Shown here one piece after another: positions 14,401 through 28,404 of a stretch of DNA of 64,000 nt. The translations under genes and the position numbers were made by a program. The DNA comes from Monocercomonoides exilis PA203 (lineage: Eukaryota; Protista; Preaxostyla). Every line of letters starts with the position of its first letter. Positions within the stretch are counted from its first letter, which is position 1. Below the pieces are notes generated by a model. The model was not told the DNA's origin. It did no database searches and was given only the letters and a program-made list of their open reading frames with translations. The DNA lies in contig LSRY02000012.1 of assembly GCA_001643675.2 (NCBI GenBank), forward strand, positions 124,001 to 188,000, read 5' to 3'.

Positions 14401-17400
14401 TCTTCATTGTTAATCATCCAACTTAATATCACTTCCAGTGTTGAGCGAAATAGAGCGTAAGTGAGAGGTGGAGGAGAGATGACTTTGCTCTCATCTGCAG
14501 CAGATATGAATGCAACTTCAGTGTTCTTTGTGCTCAGCCGGGAGCGAAGGAGAAATTGCTTCACAAAATGCAGAATAAACGATGAAGAAGCATAAAGTTT
14601 GACTGCTGCTGTCCAAAAAGGTTTTGCTGAAGAAGTTGGAAACAAAGTTGAGGCAGTTAGAGTTTCTAGAGGAGGACTTGAAGAAACATTCGGCAACAGC
14701 GGAGAAGGATGTGGACTCATAATTGGAGTGGATGGAGAAGGGGCAGTTGTGCGGAATAAAGATTCACCAACTGGAGAAGAGCTGTGTGAAGGAAAGTTGC
14801 TAGGAGTCAAAGAAGTGTATGATGAATCGCCAAATGAATCGTTCTGCTCAGAAAGAATGTTGTACTCAGCATCAGGATCAGAGGGAAATCCATAGCGATT
14901 CAGCCACTGAGAAAAGTTCTGATCGTTCTTGAATGTTTCCAGAAGGAAATGACCTGCTGATGAGCGGACAAGTTGATAGAGAAGAGAGAAAATGGCATCA
15001 CTTAATTCATCTGAAGAATGATCCTCTGAAGATTTTGAAGAAGATTCTGCAACCGATGCAGATGTTATTTGAGTTGGTAAGTTTTTCTCCTTCAATTTCA
15101 GATAAGCATAAAGAATGGTGGTGAACAATGGGAACAGAAATGGTGCCATTACCGATTGTGCAACATCTGTAAAATGAACAGATTGCGCAACAAATGAAAT
15201 TGGATTAAAAGTTGCAGCTTCTTTTTCTTTGTTCTCTGTCTCTTTCTTCTCGCGGAAGAAAAACGAAAACCTTCCACGGCTTTTCTTTGATTCGCTTTTT
15301 GTCCTTTCTCTGATGGCTTCTCTTTCTTTCTGAGCCAATTTTTCTTGCTCGGTTGGAGTGAAAAGCTGGTTGAATCGGAGGAATTTGTGAATGAAAAAGA
15401 TAATTCGCGAATGACATAGAAACGAAAAAAAGTGAGACATTTCTTCGATTCGTGCGTTGCTGGCTACAAAATGAAACATCGTTCTGAGAATTGAAGAGAA
15501 GATAGAGATGAATACTGTCACAGACAAAGACATTCTGTTATTTTGGCTCTTCTCTTCTTGCGTTGCCAACATGATCGCTTGTGAAATGTTCAGAGATGAA
15601 AAAGGATAAAATGCAGATGTTTCTTGTGAATTGTGCATTGGATAAAAGCCAACGTATTCGTTGCTGCTAATTCCATCGCATTCTTCATCATCATCATAAT
15701 CTTTGTTCAATTCTTCTCTTTCGACTTTTTCATTGGATGAATGTTTTTCTGATTGTTCATCGTATTCAACATCGAACGCTTCCCATCTGCCGAGCCTGGG
15801 AGAAGGCGTGCGAGGAGGCTGTGAGTGCTGCCCGTGACTGTGATGAGACACGACAAAGTACGATTCTTCCAGTTGTTCTGAAGACTGCTTCGAAGAGCCA
15901 GTAAAAAGTGGCATGCGCTGCTGGTTTACGAAGCTGTTGCGGCTGATGTCAGACGGAGGTGGCTGAGGAGATTTCACAATGCGACGGAATTCACAAGGAA
16001 TCAGGACAACAGCTGGGAAGGCAAATAAAGAAGACAAAAGGAAAGAAGGATGGCATTCTGGAACAGACAGAGGTAAGAAGGCAGCACGATATTGTTTGAT
16101 TGAAACAGCAAAAGAAGCAAATGATGGAACAACAGGCAGAACAGGTTGTTTGAACATCGAAAGAAACGTGTTAAACAAAACAAGATCTGGTGAATCCTGC
16201 TCCTGGCTGAGATTACCTTTCGCAAATCGGAGCGGAAGCAAATGTGAAGTTGGCTGGAATGAGCCAGATGCCGAAGAAGGTGGATCTTTGAAAAGAGTGT
16301 TGGGCTTATTAATTCCAGCTGGAAAGACAGGCAGAAATGTTCTGCTTGCATTCTGCTCCTTTTGGGTTTTGAGATAAAGAGCAGAACACAAAGAGAGAAG
16401 AATGTCATAGCAAGGCTCTGTCAGATTTGGCAAGTCAGATGAAGGAAGAATAAATGAGAGTTCATAAAGGAATTTCACAACTGCTTCAAACAGCTTCGTG
16501 GATTGCAGTTCAACCGGATCAAAAAATGCACAATGTGGAGGCAAAAGCAGAGGAGGAGGTGCAGATGCTGGTTCTTTGACTCCAAAATTTGGGTATATAA
16601 GAGATTTTTGTTCAGTTTGCTGTGTTTTTTTCTTCATCTCATTTTCTTGTGAAGAAGAAACATCTGAAGTCAAGCCAAACTGTTTCAGATTTTTAGCGAC
16701 AAATTCTCCAACCCATCGCATAATTTGCTTTTTCAAAGGCAAAGAAATTTCCAAAGAAGACGTCAAATTCAGGAGGAAATGCATAGTTTCTGAAGAAGTT
16801 GAAGAGTGATGAGCCAAAGAAGAGGAAGAAGCGCTGATTGTAAAGTGCATGTGAGAGAATGAGAAGCGATTGAACACGAATAAGTGGTGAAGACATCGAA
16901 GAGGATAATATAAGACTGACTGAATGAACATCAATGCCACTTCTGAGGGAGCAACTGATGGAATGCACGAAACAAGAGCCAGAAATAGCTCAGAAGTCGA
17001 AGGAAGAGCCGAAGGAAAACGCAGAGACAAGCAGAGCGAGGATTGAATCAACGAAATTATTCCTTTCAAACTTGAAGCAGATAGTAGCACTTTGCGTGTG
17101 CCTATGTTCTCTTCTTCAGCAGAATGCACATTGTTTTCTTTGATTTTGTTTGGATTAAACACTTCTTGTTTTTCAGTTGTGTTGCTCACTTCATTTGTAG
17201 AATATGATGTTGCATTACTTCTTGCTTGAAAAGGCGCAAACAGTATTTCAGTCAGCGATGCATCTGGAATCAAAGGAGCTAAAAAGAATTGAGAAATAAC
17301 TGAATAAATCTGCTTCATATAGTTCGACATCAGCTGCGTGACAGTTGCATCGTTGAATGTTGTGCTCCTCATAACACTCGCTGTGAAATAGGACACATCA

Positions 17401-20400
17401 GACAATGTTACATCTTGCGCATCTGAGACGATCGGCGGAGGTGGCAAAGGCCCCACTGCCGATGCAACAGGCGGTGGTGGAAGAGGAATTTCGGAGAGTT
17501 GAGAGCTTTCATCCTCTGTTGCATTGTCATTTCCAGGTGTTGGTGTTCTTGTGAATGATATTGGCACGCCATGAACAGGCAAGTTCTTCTTCATTGCATT
17601 CACAAGCCCTTCAAATAAAAGTGTAATCAGTCCCACAACATCTTCAATCAAGTTTGTTCTGTCAATTTTGGAGCTTTTCTGCACCTCCGAAGAATAAGCA
17701 TTCAGACAATTTCCCCACAAAATCGCAGAAACTGTTATCATCTCATTGGATGAACAGACTGATTTCTCGCTTTTTTCATTTGCGCATTCAATTGATTGAA
17801 TACTTTTTGCATTCTTCTTCGTTTCTGCTTTTGTCTCATTCGCTCCTTCTCGAACAAGCTCAGCCAAAAGATACAAAACGAGTGAGAGAACAGAAGTGTT
17901 CAGTGGAGAAAAAGCAACGTCTGAAGAGAAAATAAGAGACGAATGCGAATTGAGTCCCAACGAAATTTCATCAAACAGAAATGAAAGCTCTCCATTTGCT
18001 GAACTAAAATGGTGCGGACAGATGTCTGATGAAGCCAGGAGATGAGACGGCTGCTTGAGAAGAAGAGCAAACAGTGTTGTGTAAAGTGCTGGAATGTGCT
18101 TCAATTTCTTCAAATGTGGTGCTAAATACATAAGTGATGGTGTGATGGAAGCAGAGGAGTCAGCAGAGGTAGATGGTGTTAGCATGCCAAGTGTCAATTC
18201 GCGCTTTCCTGAATCCGAATTAATCTTTCCTTTCTCCTTCTGTTGACTCTCTCGACGTGTATTTGAATGAGCGTTTGCGGGAGGGGGAGGAATGAAGCTG
18301 TGGTAGAAAGAAGAATCGCAGAGAAGGCAAATGCAAAGAAGCTGAAACGACAAAAGCTTCACAGTCAGAACAGCAGACTCAACTGTGTCTGATTGTCCAT
18401 TCTTATTTGCCTGGTTCGAAGGCTGAAAGGCATCTTCAGCGATGATTGAAAGCAGCGACGGAACAAAGTTCTGTGAAAAGACAAGAAGAGAAGCTAAACA
18501 TTGAGGCGATTGCAGCTGCTGATAGAAGCGAGAAACAGAAAGATGCAAAGAAGAAAGAAGGGGAAGAAGGAAATATTTGTATTTGTGCTCAACAATTCTT
18601 TCTTCATCTGCACAATCAACTTGCCTTCCATTTCCTCCTTCTTTCTTTCCATTCACATACATTTTGCCTTTCGATCTACTGCACAACGAAGCACTCACAA
18701 CAGATGCCAATGTTTTGATGTCCTCAGGCGTCCAAACATGTCCCAAGAGAAGCGGAATCAGCGTGAAGAACACGAGCGATAGAACCTGGCTGGAGATGTT
18801 ACCTTTTCCTGCTTGCTTTGGCTGCTTGTTCAGATTGACTCGATGCAGAAGAGTGGAGATGATATGTACAAGCGCGTCCATCTCGCGGAATCTGTCGAGG
18901 TTGAACTGTCTCGACGGGTTTGTTGGAGAAAGCAAGTGACACATAACACACAAAATGTCAAGCTGACGATGGGCAGGTGACTCTTTCAAAGAGAAAGAAT
19001 CATCATTGGAGGAGAAAGAGGATGAGGATAAGGAAGAAGCCGATAAGTTTGTTCCATTTGACTTCACATGAACAGCACCATCAGCAATGAATAGGAGTGC
19101 AAATGCCTCAGAGTGGATAAGAGTGTGATGAGAGAAGTCTTCCATCTTCACATCATCCGGATTGTTGCACAGATGAATGAAGTTTCCGATCTGTCCGCTG
19201 TCTCTGCTATCTGTGCACAGTGCAGCACAAACAAGAAGAAGAAGCTTCGACGATACAAAAGTTGGGTGAACAGCCGTGTGATGCCTCAGAATGTGAGAGA
19301 AGTGATGCCAAACAGGAGATGCTTTGGATGTTAAGCAGAACGAAGACGAAGAAACGAATGTCACCAGAAACGCACGCAGAGCCAGAGAAAACGCAGTAGC
19401 AGTAGAAGATGAGTCAACAAGAAGGAGCATCTGCGACGGAGTGACTCGACTGCCAAAGAGGAGCCTGGACGAAAAGCACGAACCAGAAAGACGAAGAGTG
19501 CAAGAGCCGAACAAGGCGATGTGGGAACTGCCACAGGCACACTGCTGGAAACGAGAATAGTTCTGATAGGGAAGAAGAGGCGGAACAGCAGTTGAGCGGA
19601 GGGAAGCACACAAAGAAGAGGAAAGAGAAGGAGAGGTACTGAACATTTTGAAGGGCAGTGTTCGGCAGAAGGGGAGAAGTGTGTTGATAGGCAGAGTAGC
19701 GGATGAAGGAGTGCGAAGAGTCTTGTTTGTTCTCGAGCGCAATGAAATCGTGCCCATCTCAGATGAATCCAACTGCTTCTCTTTTGTCTTTAGCGGAGAG
19801 TCTATGTGGAGTGTATGCAAAGACGTAGCACTTCGAGTGAGTGTTGGCGTTCCTGACGGAGATGAATGTGGCAGCTGAGACAGCGGATGGGCAGATGTCT
19901 GCGGAGACTGAGGCAAAACTGATTGGTTTGAAGGAGCAGTTGTGGTGGATGAAGTGAAAGATGAAGACTTCTGCTGTTTGATGTTGATGACTGACTGAGG
20001 AAGAATGGCCTTTGGCTGAGGAAGAGGGCGTGTCGATGGTACAGCCATTGATCTGAGGAGCGGCTGACTTTGACGAGAATCGCCTGACTCATTGGCAGTG
20101 CAGACAGCAGAAGGAGTGAAGAAAAAGTAGAAGCGATTGAGGGGAATGCCAAGGAGATGAGGCGTGCCAGATGATGGACTGAATGTGGGGTTGGTTGAGG
20201 TCTGGAATGATGGTGTGGTGAGAACATCATCAAGCATCTGCTTTCCTCCTAACCACCAATACTTCACCTTTAGCGATGCATTTGGACTTGATTGTGAATT
20301 ATTGTTTGTCTTCTGCTCTCTTTCATTTGATTTCTCACCTGCAGAACTCGTTTCATTTGCTTCGTCTGCTTCATCTGCATCGTCTTCGCAGTCCAGCGAT

Positions 20401-23400
20401 GTTGTGTCAATTGGAAACGGCGCCTGAATCTGACCCAATCCAAACAGCGATCTCGCACCGAGGATGGTTGCAGCATCTGGAAACCAGCCAGAAGACAAGT
20501 TGCGCAACAGAACTTGCGAAGTGGAGAGAGAAGATGTCGAGGTTGAAATGGTATCTAAGGCAAGATGAGAGGCAAGTGGAGACGATAAGGCTGAGGAAGA
20601 GGAAGAGGAAGCAGAAGCTGAAGTGGAAGATGAATGCGATGTGTTTGCGGAAACGTTAATATTATTAATAGAAGATGAATAAGAAGTGGGAAGTGGAGGA
20701 AGAGGAGACAAGAGCAAAGAAGCTGGGCGAACAGGATAGATTTCGCTGTCCAGCACAGCCGAAGCAGCAGATGAGGGTGTTGTCCATCCTTCGGGAAAAG
20801 AGTGGTGTGATTCAGACAGCCCAGCCAGTGCGCGAATGACGAAAGGATGCAGCGGAAGAGAAACAAAAAGAGAGGAGCTGAGCGAAAAACTGCAAGTTGG
20901 GTAAGATTGAACCCCGTTTCTATTGACAAGAAGAGGATGTAATGACCCCAAAGAGAACGATACCTGATAAAGCGACGGAATGTGAGCAGGAAACGCATCT
21001 GATTCTTCTGCCTGCTCAGCCACTTCGTCGCATTCAGATGTGTTGTGAGGAACTTCTGGTCGATCAGAAGATGAGAAGGGGATGAAGAATGGATCTTTCA
21101 CAGAGACAGTTGAAGTTGAGCCGTGTGTTATGGAAGGGAGCGGTTGAGGCGGAAGAAGAGGAACAACAGAAAGAGGATAGCCATCAAGAAACACAACACA
21201 CAGCGCGTCTGACGAAGACATAGAAGAAGAAGACGAAGAGATAGAAGCAAATGGGGAAATGTGGTGGACAACAGAAATGTGGTGCCAGACGTGAGTGTGT
21301 GAAGTGAAGAAGCCTTTTGGAAGAGGAATCACTGCTTGAAGGGGCAAGTTGTGTGGTGAAAGGACTTTTCGAGCTGATGGTGTAGTGGCCGAGGAGAGGA
21401 GGAAATGTCCTGTTGTGATCAAAAGAGACGAAGACGAAGGGAGCAGGGCGATTTGATAGAGACAGACACACACGTTTGTTGCAGGAGGAGATGTGATGAG
21501 TGTCTTTGTGGCAGTCAACAGATCGTCTGGAATTGAGTTGAGTGACTCTTCTTCACCTGAAAGCTCTTCATTCAATGAACTTCCTGACGAAGACGAATCG
21601 AGCGAAGAAAAAGAGCTGTTTGAGGCAGACGCCTGCGATGGCTGGTGTTGAGGAGGCAGAAGAGGATTTGTCTCACATGAAAACGAGTGGCGGTGGTGTG
21701 AATGGCGCTTCTGGGCAGAGCGAGGGAGGAAAGGGACATACAAAGGAAGATTGGCCACGACAGACAGAAGAGGAACACATTGAATGGAAGGATCGATGGC
21801 ATCCACACGCAGCCAGCAGGAAAAGGTAAAGCCAGGTGAGGCTGGTGGCCATGTGGGTGGAACATGCTCATAAGAGGAAGAAGAAGAGGAGGAAGAAGAA
21901 GAGGAAAAGGAAGAAGTTGGTGTGAATGGTGAATTCAATGGCAGATTCAATGACTGGTTGGAAGAAGATGCTGAAGCAGATGAAGAAGATGATGTTGTTG
22001 TTGAGCGTCTTTCTTTGTCAATCGCCACTTTTCCAAAAAGAGTGTTGAATGTTGGTGGCAGCTCCATCAGAGCAGTGAGTCCATTAGACAGATTGAAGTG
22101 AATGAACGGAGACGACAAATTGTGCCAAACAGGAAAGAGATTGCTGATGCTTCCGCATTCCATTGTGCTGCATTGCTGTGTCAGAAGCTGAAGAAGTGTT
22201 GAAAGAAGCGACTCATAAGTTGATCTTCTGCTCGTTTCTTTCACGTTGTTTGATTCAGTATTTGCTAATTGGCTTTGTGAGGATGGCTGCATTTCATTGG
22301 CTTTGATGCAATTTTGAGTGCGTGCAGAGAGAGAAAGCATTCCAAACAGTGTGCGAACAGTGCGAGGATTTCCTTCGGCAAAAAAGAGACGGGAAAACAG
22401 ACTGAAAAAAGAGGAATAGCAGGAATTCTTTGTGTCTGACAGAAAAAGAGGGAAGTAATGAAGAAGATCAAGTGATAAATCTGTTGGTGCAAAAGAAGGG
22501 TCGTTCAATTGAGACACTCCAACAAGATGAGACAGCGTTTGAAACACGCAAATGGCAGAAGAAGTGGCAGGACAGGACGATGAAGCTTGAGAAGTGAGTG
22601 GGCCAAAAGGCGAGAGAGAAAGCGAGCGAAGTAAAAGTTGGATGAAGCGAGGCTCGTGAATGACACACGACTGGGAAAGAACAGCAGGAGAAAGACGGGT
22701 TGGGCACAAAGAATCGTGGCTTTGCACTTCATCAACAGCAACACACCACAACTTGTTTGTCTCAAGAGAGAGTTCGTGCTGCACCCAGTGGTGGATGAGA
22801 GAGTGAGGGTTATCTAAATATGCTTCATTTGAGTGATTGGCATGAGAAAAGGAAGATGGATGAGACAAAGATGGCTCGCAAGTCATTGAATCAGATGAAG
22901 ATGAATGGCGCAATTGAGAAATATTATTGTCAGAAACTGTATTGCATGTGAGTATGTTCAAAGGATAGTTGCATTTGTTGCATGGAAGAGCTGTTGGTGG
23001 AGAGCAAACAGAACACGCCAAGCAGCAAAGAGCATTGCTGATAAGCAAAGCAATTGAAAGGTTATCTTCATTGCTTTCATTTTGTTGTTTATTTATCTTT
23101 TGTTGGAAGCCAGAAGACAATGAATTTTGCTCTGAAAACAAGATCAGTGGGAAAAAACTCTTCAAAAGCGGTATAAAACAGGAAGGAAGCAGATGAGGTT
23201 GATGAAATGCAGAGAAAGAGAACAACTCAGAAAGAGAGCGGAAGAGCTGTGGAAAGCCAAGTGACGAGCAGAAAGCAGCTGATGTGACAGCGTTACTTAC
23301 AAGAGCATGCGACAGAACAGACAGCAAATGAAGCAGAAGAACAACGAGGCAAGAACGAATAACATCAAATAGAGAAATAAATGATGATGATGGTGATGAA

Positions 23401-26400
23401 AGATCCAAAAGGGGTGTGTTTGAAATGAATGGCATTTTGAGCATTTGCTTCAGAGAATTGCAGACTTCGAAAATTGAGCTCTGCAGAACAGAAAAACCGC
23501 CTGTTTCAACAAAAAGGATTTGAGAGGCAGAAGAACGAAGAAGATAAAACGATAAGAAAAAGAGCAAATTGTGAAGAAGAGAAAAGAGAGAGAAAGGAAC
23601 AAGTGATTGGATCTGCTGCATTTGCGATGATGTGAAAGAAAAACACTCTGAAGAAGAAGAAAAAGAAGAAGAAGAAGAAGTTTGTTGAGAAAGAAGAGAA
23701 GAGATTGAGTCTAATGAAGACGATATCACATCGACACACGCAGGAACAAGTGAATACAGCACAACAATGTCGCAATGAGAGCGTGTGGCATCGCAGGCAA
23801 TGAACGAGTGAAGAAACTGGAACACCAATGGCTGCAGACAAGTGCTCAGAACAGGCAGAAACAGAAGAGATAGCTCATGTAATTGATATGTCCTATGGCT
23901 TTCGGATATCAAAGACAGAGTGTTCATTGAATTTAATTGAGAAGAGTCTGTTTCTGAAGATTCGTTGTTGTTGGACTGTCTGAATGAATTTGGTGAATGA
24001 AATGATTCGATTGATTGTTCATTTACGTTTGCATTCTGTTTTTTGTCCTGTTGACTGGTGAAGTTGTAGAATGGATGCACAAACACCATTCGAGTGCTGG
24101 TTTTGCTGAGATCTTCAAAAAGAGACCACAACTTTGATAGGATTTTTGAGCGGATGAGTTCAAAATGGCGAGAAGGAGCAAAAGAGAGACAGATGAAGAA
24201 GGACATAAGCGATGGAACAACAAACAAGCGATGGGAAAGAGGATAAGAAGAAGACGAGAAAGACGATGATGATGAAAAACTAGAAGATGAAGAAGAAGCT
24301 GAAGCTGACTGCAAAGCAAATGATTGCTTCTCGTCTGATTTAAAGTTTCCCTCTTTTTGTTCACTTTTCATCATTTCGTTTTGCTTTGTGTTTTCAGTTG
24401 AATAACAATCAGCCTGTTTGATGTATTCCCAAAACTTAGTTGCATTCGAAGGGAACAAAAGAGAAAGCACTTTTCTGTTTGCGATGCTTCTTTGAGAAGA
24501 ACTCAAAGCAGTTTCAAGCCATTCATAATCGCAAACAGTTTCGTCGACTCGAACAGTTTTGTTGATGTTATGTTTTTCTTCTGTGTTTGTTTTGACATCA
24601 TCAGCAGTTTCTGGTCTAGTGTAATTGTTTTCTTTGTCTTGTTTTTCGTCTATCGTTTTATCCGATAAAGAAATCTCTTTTTCCATCTTCTTTTCAACTT
24701 TTTCTTCATCACCTTCTTCATCACATATTTCTCTTCCTCTCGTCTGACTCACTTCCAATTCTCCACAGTCAACAGTTGCACTCAGCGTGAACAGCGAGGC
24801 TGCTACTGCCACAGCCTTCTCTGCAAAGGACGAAAGGATCAGCACTCGACAATAGTCGCCTCCTGTCTTCCGAAGAAGGAGCGAAAAGAAGCGGAGGCAC
24901 AGCGCCTGATAGCTTGGCGGTGCGTCGCTGTGGAGAATGGAGGAAAGCGCATTGAATTCTTGGATGAGGAGAGAAGGAGAGGAAAGCTGGGGAAGCGTGG
25001 CGAGGGAGAAAAGAAGAGAAAGCAACGAGGCAAAGACAGGAAGAGTGGGGACGGTGTGTTCAGTGAGTGAAGACAAAGAGAGGGTGAGTGGATCAGATGC
25101 TGTTGGAGGATTGGCTGATGAAGAATCAGAAGAAGATGGAAGTTGAGACGTTGAAGATGACAAAGAAGAGGATGATGAAGCAAAAGAAGAAGGAGATGAA
25201 AACGATGATGGAGCAGCAGAAGAAGAGCTCGAAGTGTTTGAAGAAGCCAGCCGCACCGAATTGAGAGAAGAGCGCGAATGAGCAGCGAAGGCATTCAGAA
25301 AAGCAGCCACAGGATGGTCGAAGATGATTGTGTTGACAGTCGACGGGTGCCTTGTGAAGAGATGGAAGAAGGCAGAAAGAACAAATTGCCTGATGTAATC
25401 GCACTGCGGTGGAGCAGACAGAAACAGACTCACCAAAATTTGGATGACTGCAGCATTTGAGGCGAAGGGGACTTCTTGTTCGTGCGATGGATGGGAAGGA
25501 GAAGAGAGTTTGGACTGCTGCTGAGACTGCTTTGAGGAGGCAGAAGAGGCTGTCTTCAAAGTGGGCAAGGAAGACAAAGAGGATGAAGAAGACAGAAGTT
25601 TGCCATCAGCTCCTTTCAGCGGTGGCTCTTGCTTGTTTCGCGAAACGAAGTCAAACAGAATCAGTAGCAGAAACAAGACAGATTCCTTTGCGTCTTCGAA
25701 AGTCCGCCGCTCGACGTTTAAGAAGGGCAGATTAAATTGCATAAGTGGATGAGTCATGTTCTCGTTGAAAAGAGACTGCATCTGCTTTTCGCTCATTCTG
25801 CACTCATCAGCAGACAGATTGAGCACTGCTTGATCTGAAGATGTCTCTAATTGTTGACCCAATGAAGAGAGAGATGAATCCTCTTTGTTTCGAAGTGAGC
25901 CCTTTTTATGTTCGCGAATGGAGAGTGACAGATACTCCGCCATCATGTTTGTGTAGTTGCGAGCCTCAGCAGTCAGAAAAAGAGGCGTCAGCAGAGAATT
26001 CAAAGTGGCTGAGAAGGAAATCGAATCATTTGCACAAAATGCTGCAAGCTCTGATCTTTGCTCGCTGAGTGGGCTGAAAGACTTCCGTGCAGAGGGCGTT
26101 GTGTCATTGAGGCAGACAAAGGGGCTGCTGAGGAGAAACGGGCGATAAAAGCAGGATGTACCAGCAGAGCTCAGACAAGAAGGCGGTGGGGGTACTGGAA
26201 CACAGAAAGAGCCAGTTTGTGTTGATAACTCTGAATCTGCTGCTTTTGATGTGTTTTGTGGAGGCGTTGGTTGAGATAAAATGTTCTGTTGAGATGATGT
26301 TTGTGCAACGGATGCTTCAAGCAGAGGTTGAGAAGACGATGACGAAGATGAGCATGAAGAGGAAGAGAGAGAATCATTTTTGGGAGCGGGTGCCAAAGAT

Positions 26401-27710
26401 GCACCTTCTTTCCATCTCAACTTTGAAAGAGAAAGAATCGTCTGATGGAGACACTCCAATCCGTTGGAGTTGAGGAATACATCCAGAAGGGGATTAACAG
26501 AAGATGGGACGCTGGTACTCGCTGGAACTTGAGGCTGGTGTGCCTTCTCTTTGCCTTTTGGTGCAGGCTGTGCTGGCTGAAGTGGTGCTGATGCTTGCGC
26601 ATTGAGTGTATCGATAGCAGAGGGAGAGAGGAGCGAAGGGTGCGGAAGTTGGCACAGCGCTTGCATGACAGAAAACATCTTCACAAAGAACAGCGGCGGC
26701 GCTCCTTCGAAGCGCGCCTCGTCAGTCAGCAGCACAAGCGAGGGCAAAATGTCTTTTTCTTCAATGTCTTTCAGCAAAGCGAGGCTCCAATATTTGCTCA
26801 GCAATGTGCTGATGACACGATGAATCGCATCCTCAAAGCATTTGTTCTGCTCAGACACATTGTGCGTACTGAGCCCAAAAAACAGAGTTTTGACTCCATT
26901 CTGCTGCAGAAAGAGTAAAACAGCTGCTGGAGAAGCATCTAAAACAGAGAGAAGAATATCACTCAGTTTTTTCCCCAGTTCCCACAAAAGATTCCATTGA
27001 TCTATTCGAAATAATCAAATCAAATGTTTAAAATTTTTTTAGAAAATGAGAAAAATTGCAGACCCTTTGGTACTGGTGGAAAAGCCAAACTGTGGCACAA
27101 AAGTGTAGCTAAATTTGCTGCAATGGGAGTTCTTATTACAAGACTTGAAAAATTAAACTTTATTCATTATTTTATTTGATCAAAGTTGAAAATAAAATTT
27201 GCAAAAAATAATTCAACCTTAACAAGAAATAATATAAGCGTATTCAAATATATTGATGTTGGAACTTGAATAAGTTCTTGAAGAGTTTGAGGTTTAAATG
27301 ACAAAATCAAAGGACCAGATGAAGTAAATTTTGCGATAAATCTGAAAAGTAAAGTTCATGAAAAGCAATTAATTAATATTTTTTCAAAGAATTAAACAAA
27401 CTCATCAATTACAAGAGTTGCAAAGTAATCTGTTTTACCAATAACTCGTTGAAGTTTTTCTTTTGTCCAATTAATTGCTTGATTGTCAATTGATGTGCAA
27501 ACAGCAAGAAGATAGTTAGATTTTGTTGATGAATCATTTGCTGATGAATATTTCTCGAGAACCTTTCGAATAGCCGACAATAAACTAAAAAAGCAAATCA
27601 GACTAATTGTCAATCGAATGCAAAAAATACCTTTCTTCAATGTCCATATTTTTATTATTGCAATTTCCTTCGTCGGTACATGTATTCAGGCCATTTGATG
27701 CCTGAAACAT
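5409..27710 (-). CDS. Giant BEACH-domain protein, WDFY3/ALFY-like (LamG/ConA - PH - BEACH - WD40 - FYVE), ~7,300 aa
   Basis: BEACH at ~10280-11240 ([36 protein letters not shown]...RDLSKPMG...YHYGTHYS...LQGGRFD..DRLFHS...KELIPEFF...WIDLIFGYKQRG). PH motif RRRYALQHVALEI at ~12700. LamG motifs GFTFSCWLRVD and WHHISVVH at ~21260-21830. WD repeats at ~7370-7680. FYVE WDRD..C..C...RKHHCRRCG..VC..C...RVCDVC at ~5880-6065. First in-frame ATG at 27710, intron 27585-27630, further short introns down to ~27000, then one ~21.6-kb exon. Confidence 0.93.
8277..8345 (-). repeat. Degenerate hexanucleotide coding repeat encoding (AK)n
   Basis: Encodes KKAKAKAKAKPKAKAKSKAKAKAA within the BEACH gene. Confidence 0.85.
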
Positions 27711-28404
27711 TCAATAAAGAAAAAAATCTGAAATCAAAAAAAAATGTCGTTTTGATCAAATTTTTTTGTGAGAACTTCTCGTTTTCTTTATCATAAAATA
27801 TATCCTATTCATGCAAATAGATGAATTGCGTCAAAAGAGAATTTTCAAAAGCTTTCGATTCACAAATATTCTCATTAAATTTACTCTTTTGCACAATTTG
27901 ATTTCTTTGTTTAATGAAATCTTTCTGATAAATAATAACAAGTCTGTTGAATTTTTCCTTTGTTCTTCCAAATAAAACGATCAGAAAGATTAATAAGCAT
28001 TTTGAAAAAATGAATTCATAAAAATCATTCCAGTTTCAGAATTGAAAAAATAAAAGAAATTGAAATGATGGAAAAAAAAAGATGCACAAAAGAAATATTT
28101 ATCAAAAGTTTATTTAATAAATATAATTCATAAAGACTTTTTAAAAAAGAAAAAAAGAAAGAAAAAGAAAGGATAAATTAATCTCATCCAAATTCATATT
28201 CAAAATTGAATTGTTTTTGGCTTGAGCAGTATATACGCTTTCCTCTCAAATTCGTCTGAAACTTTTATAATTGATTTATTATTAATTGTTAATAACATAC
28301 ACACAAACCTGACCTTGCGGAAATGAGTTGTTGATAAATTATGAATTTTTATTTTGGCAATTTTTTCTCAAAAAATGAATGGGATCAAAAATGTTTAATA
28401 AAAA

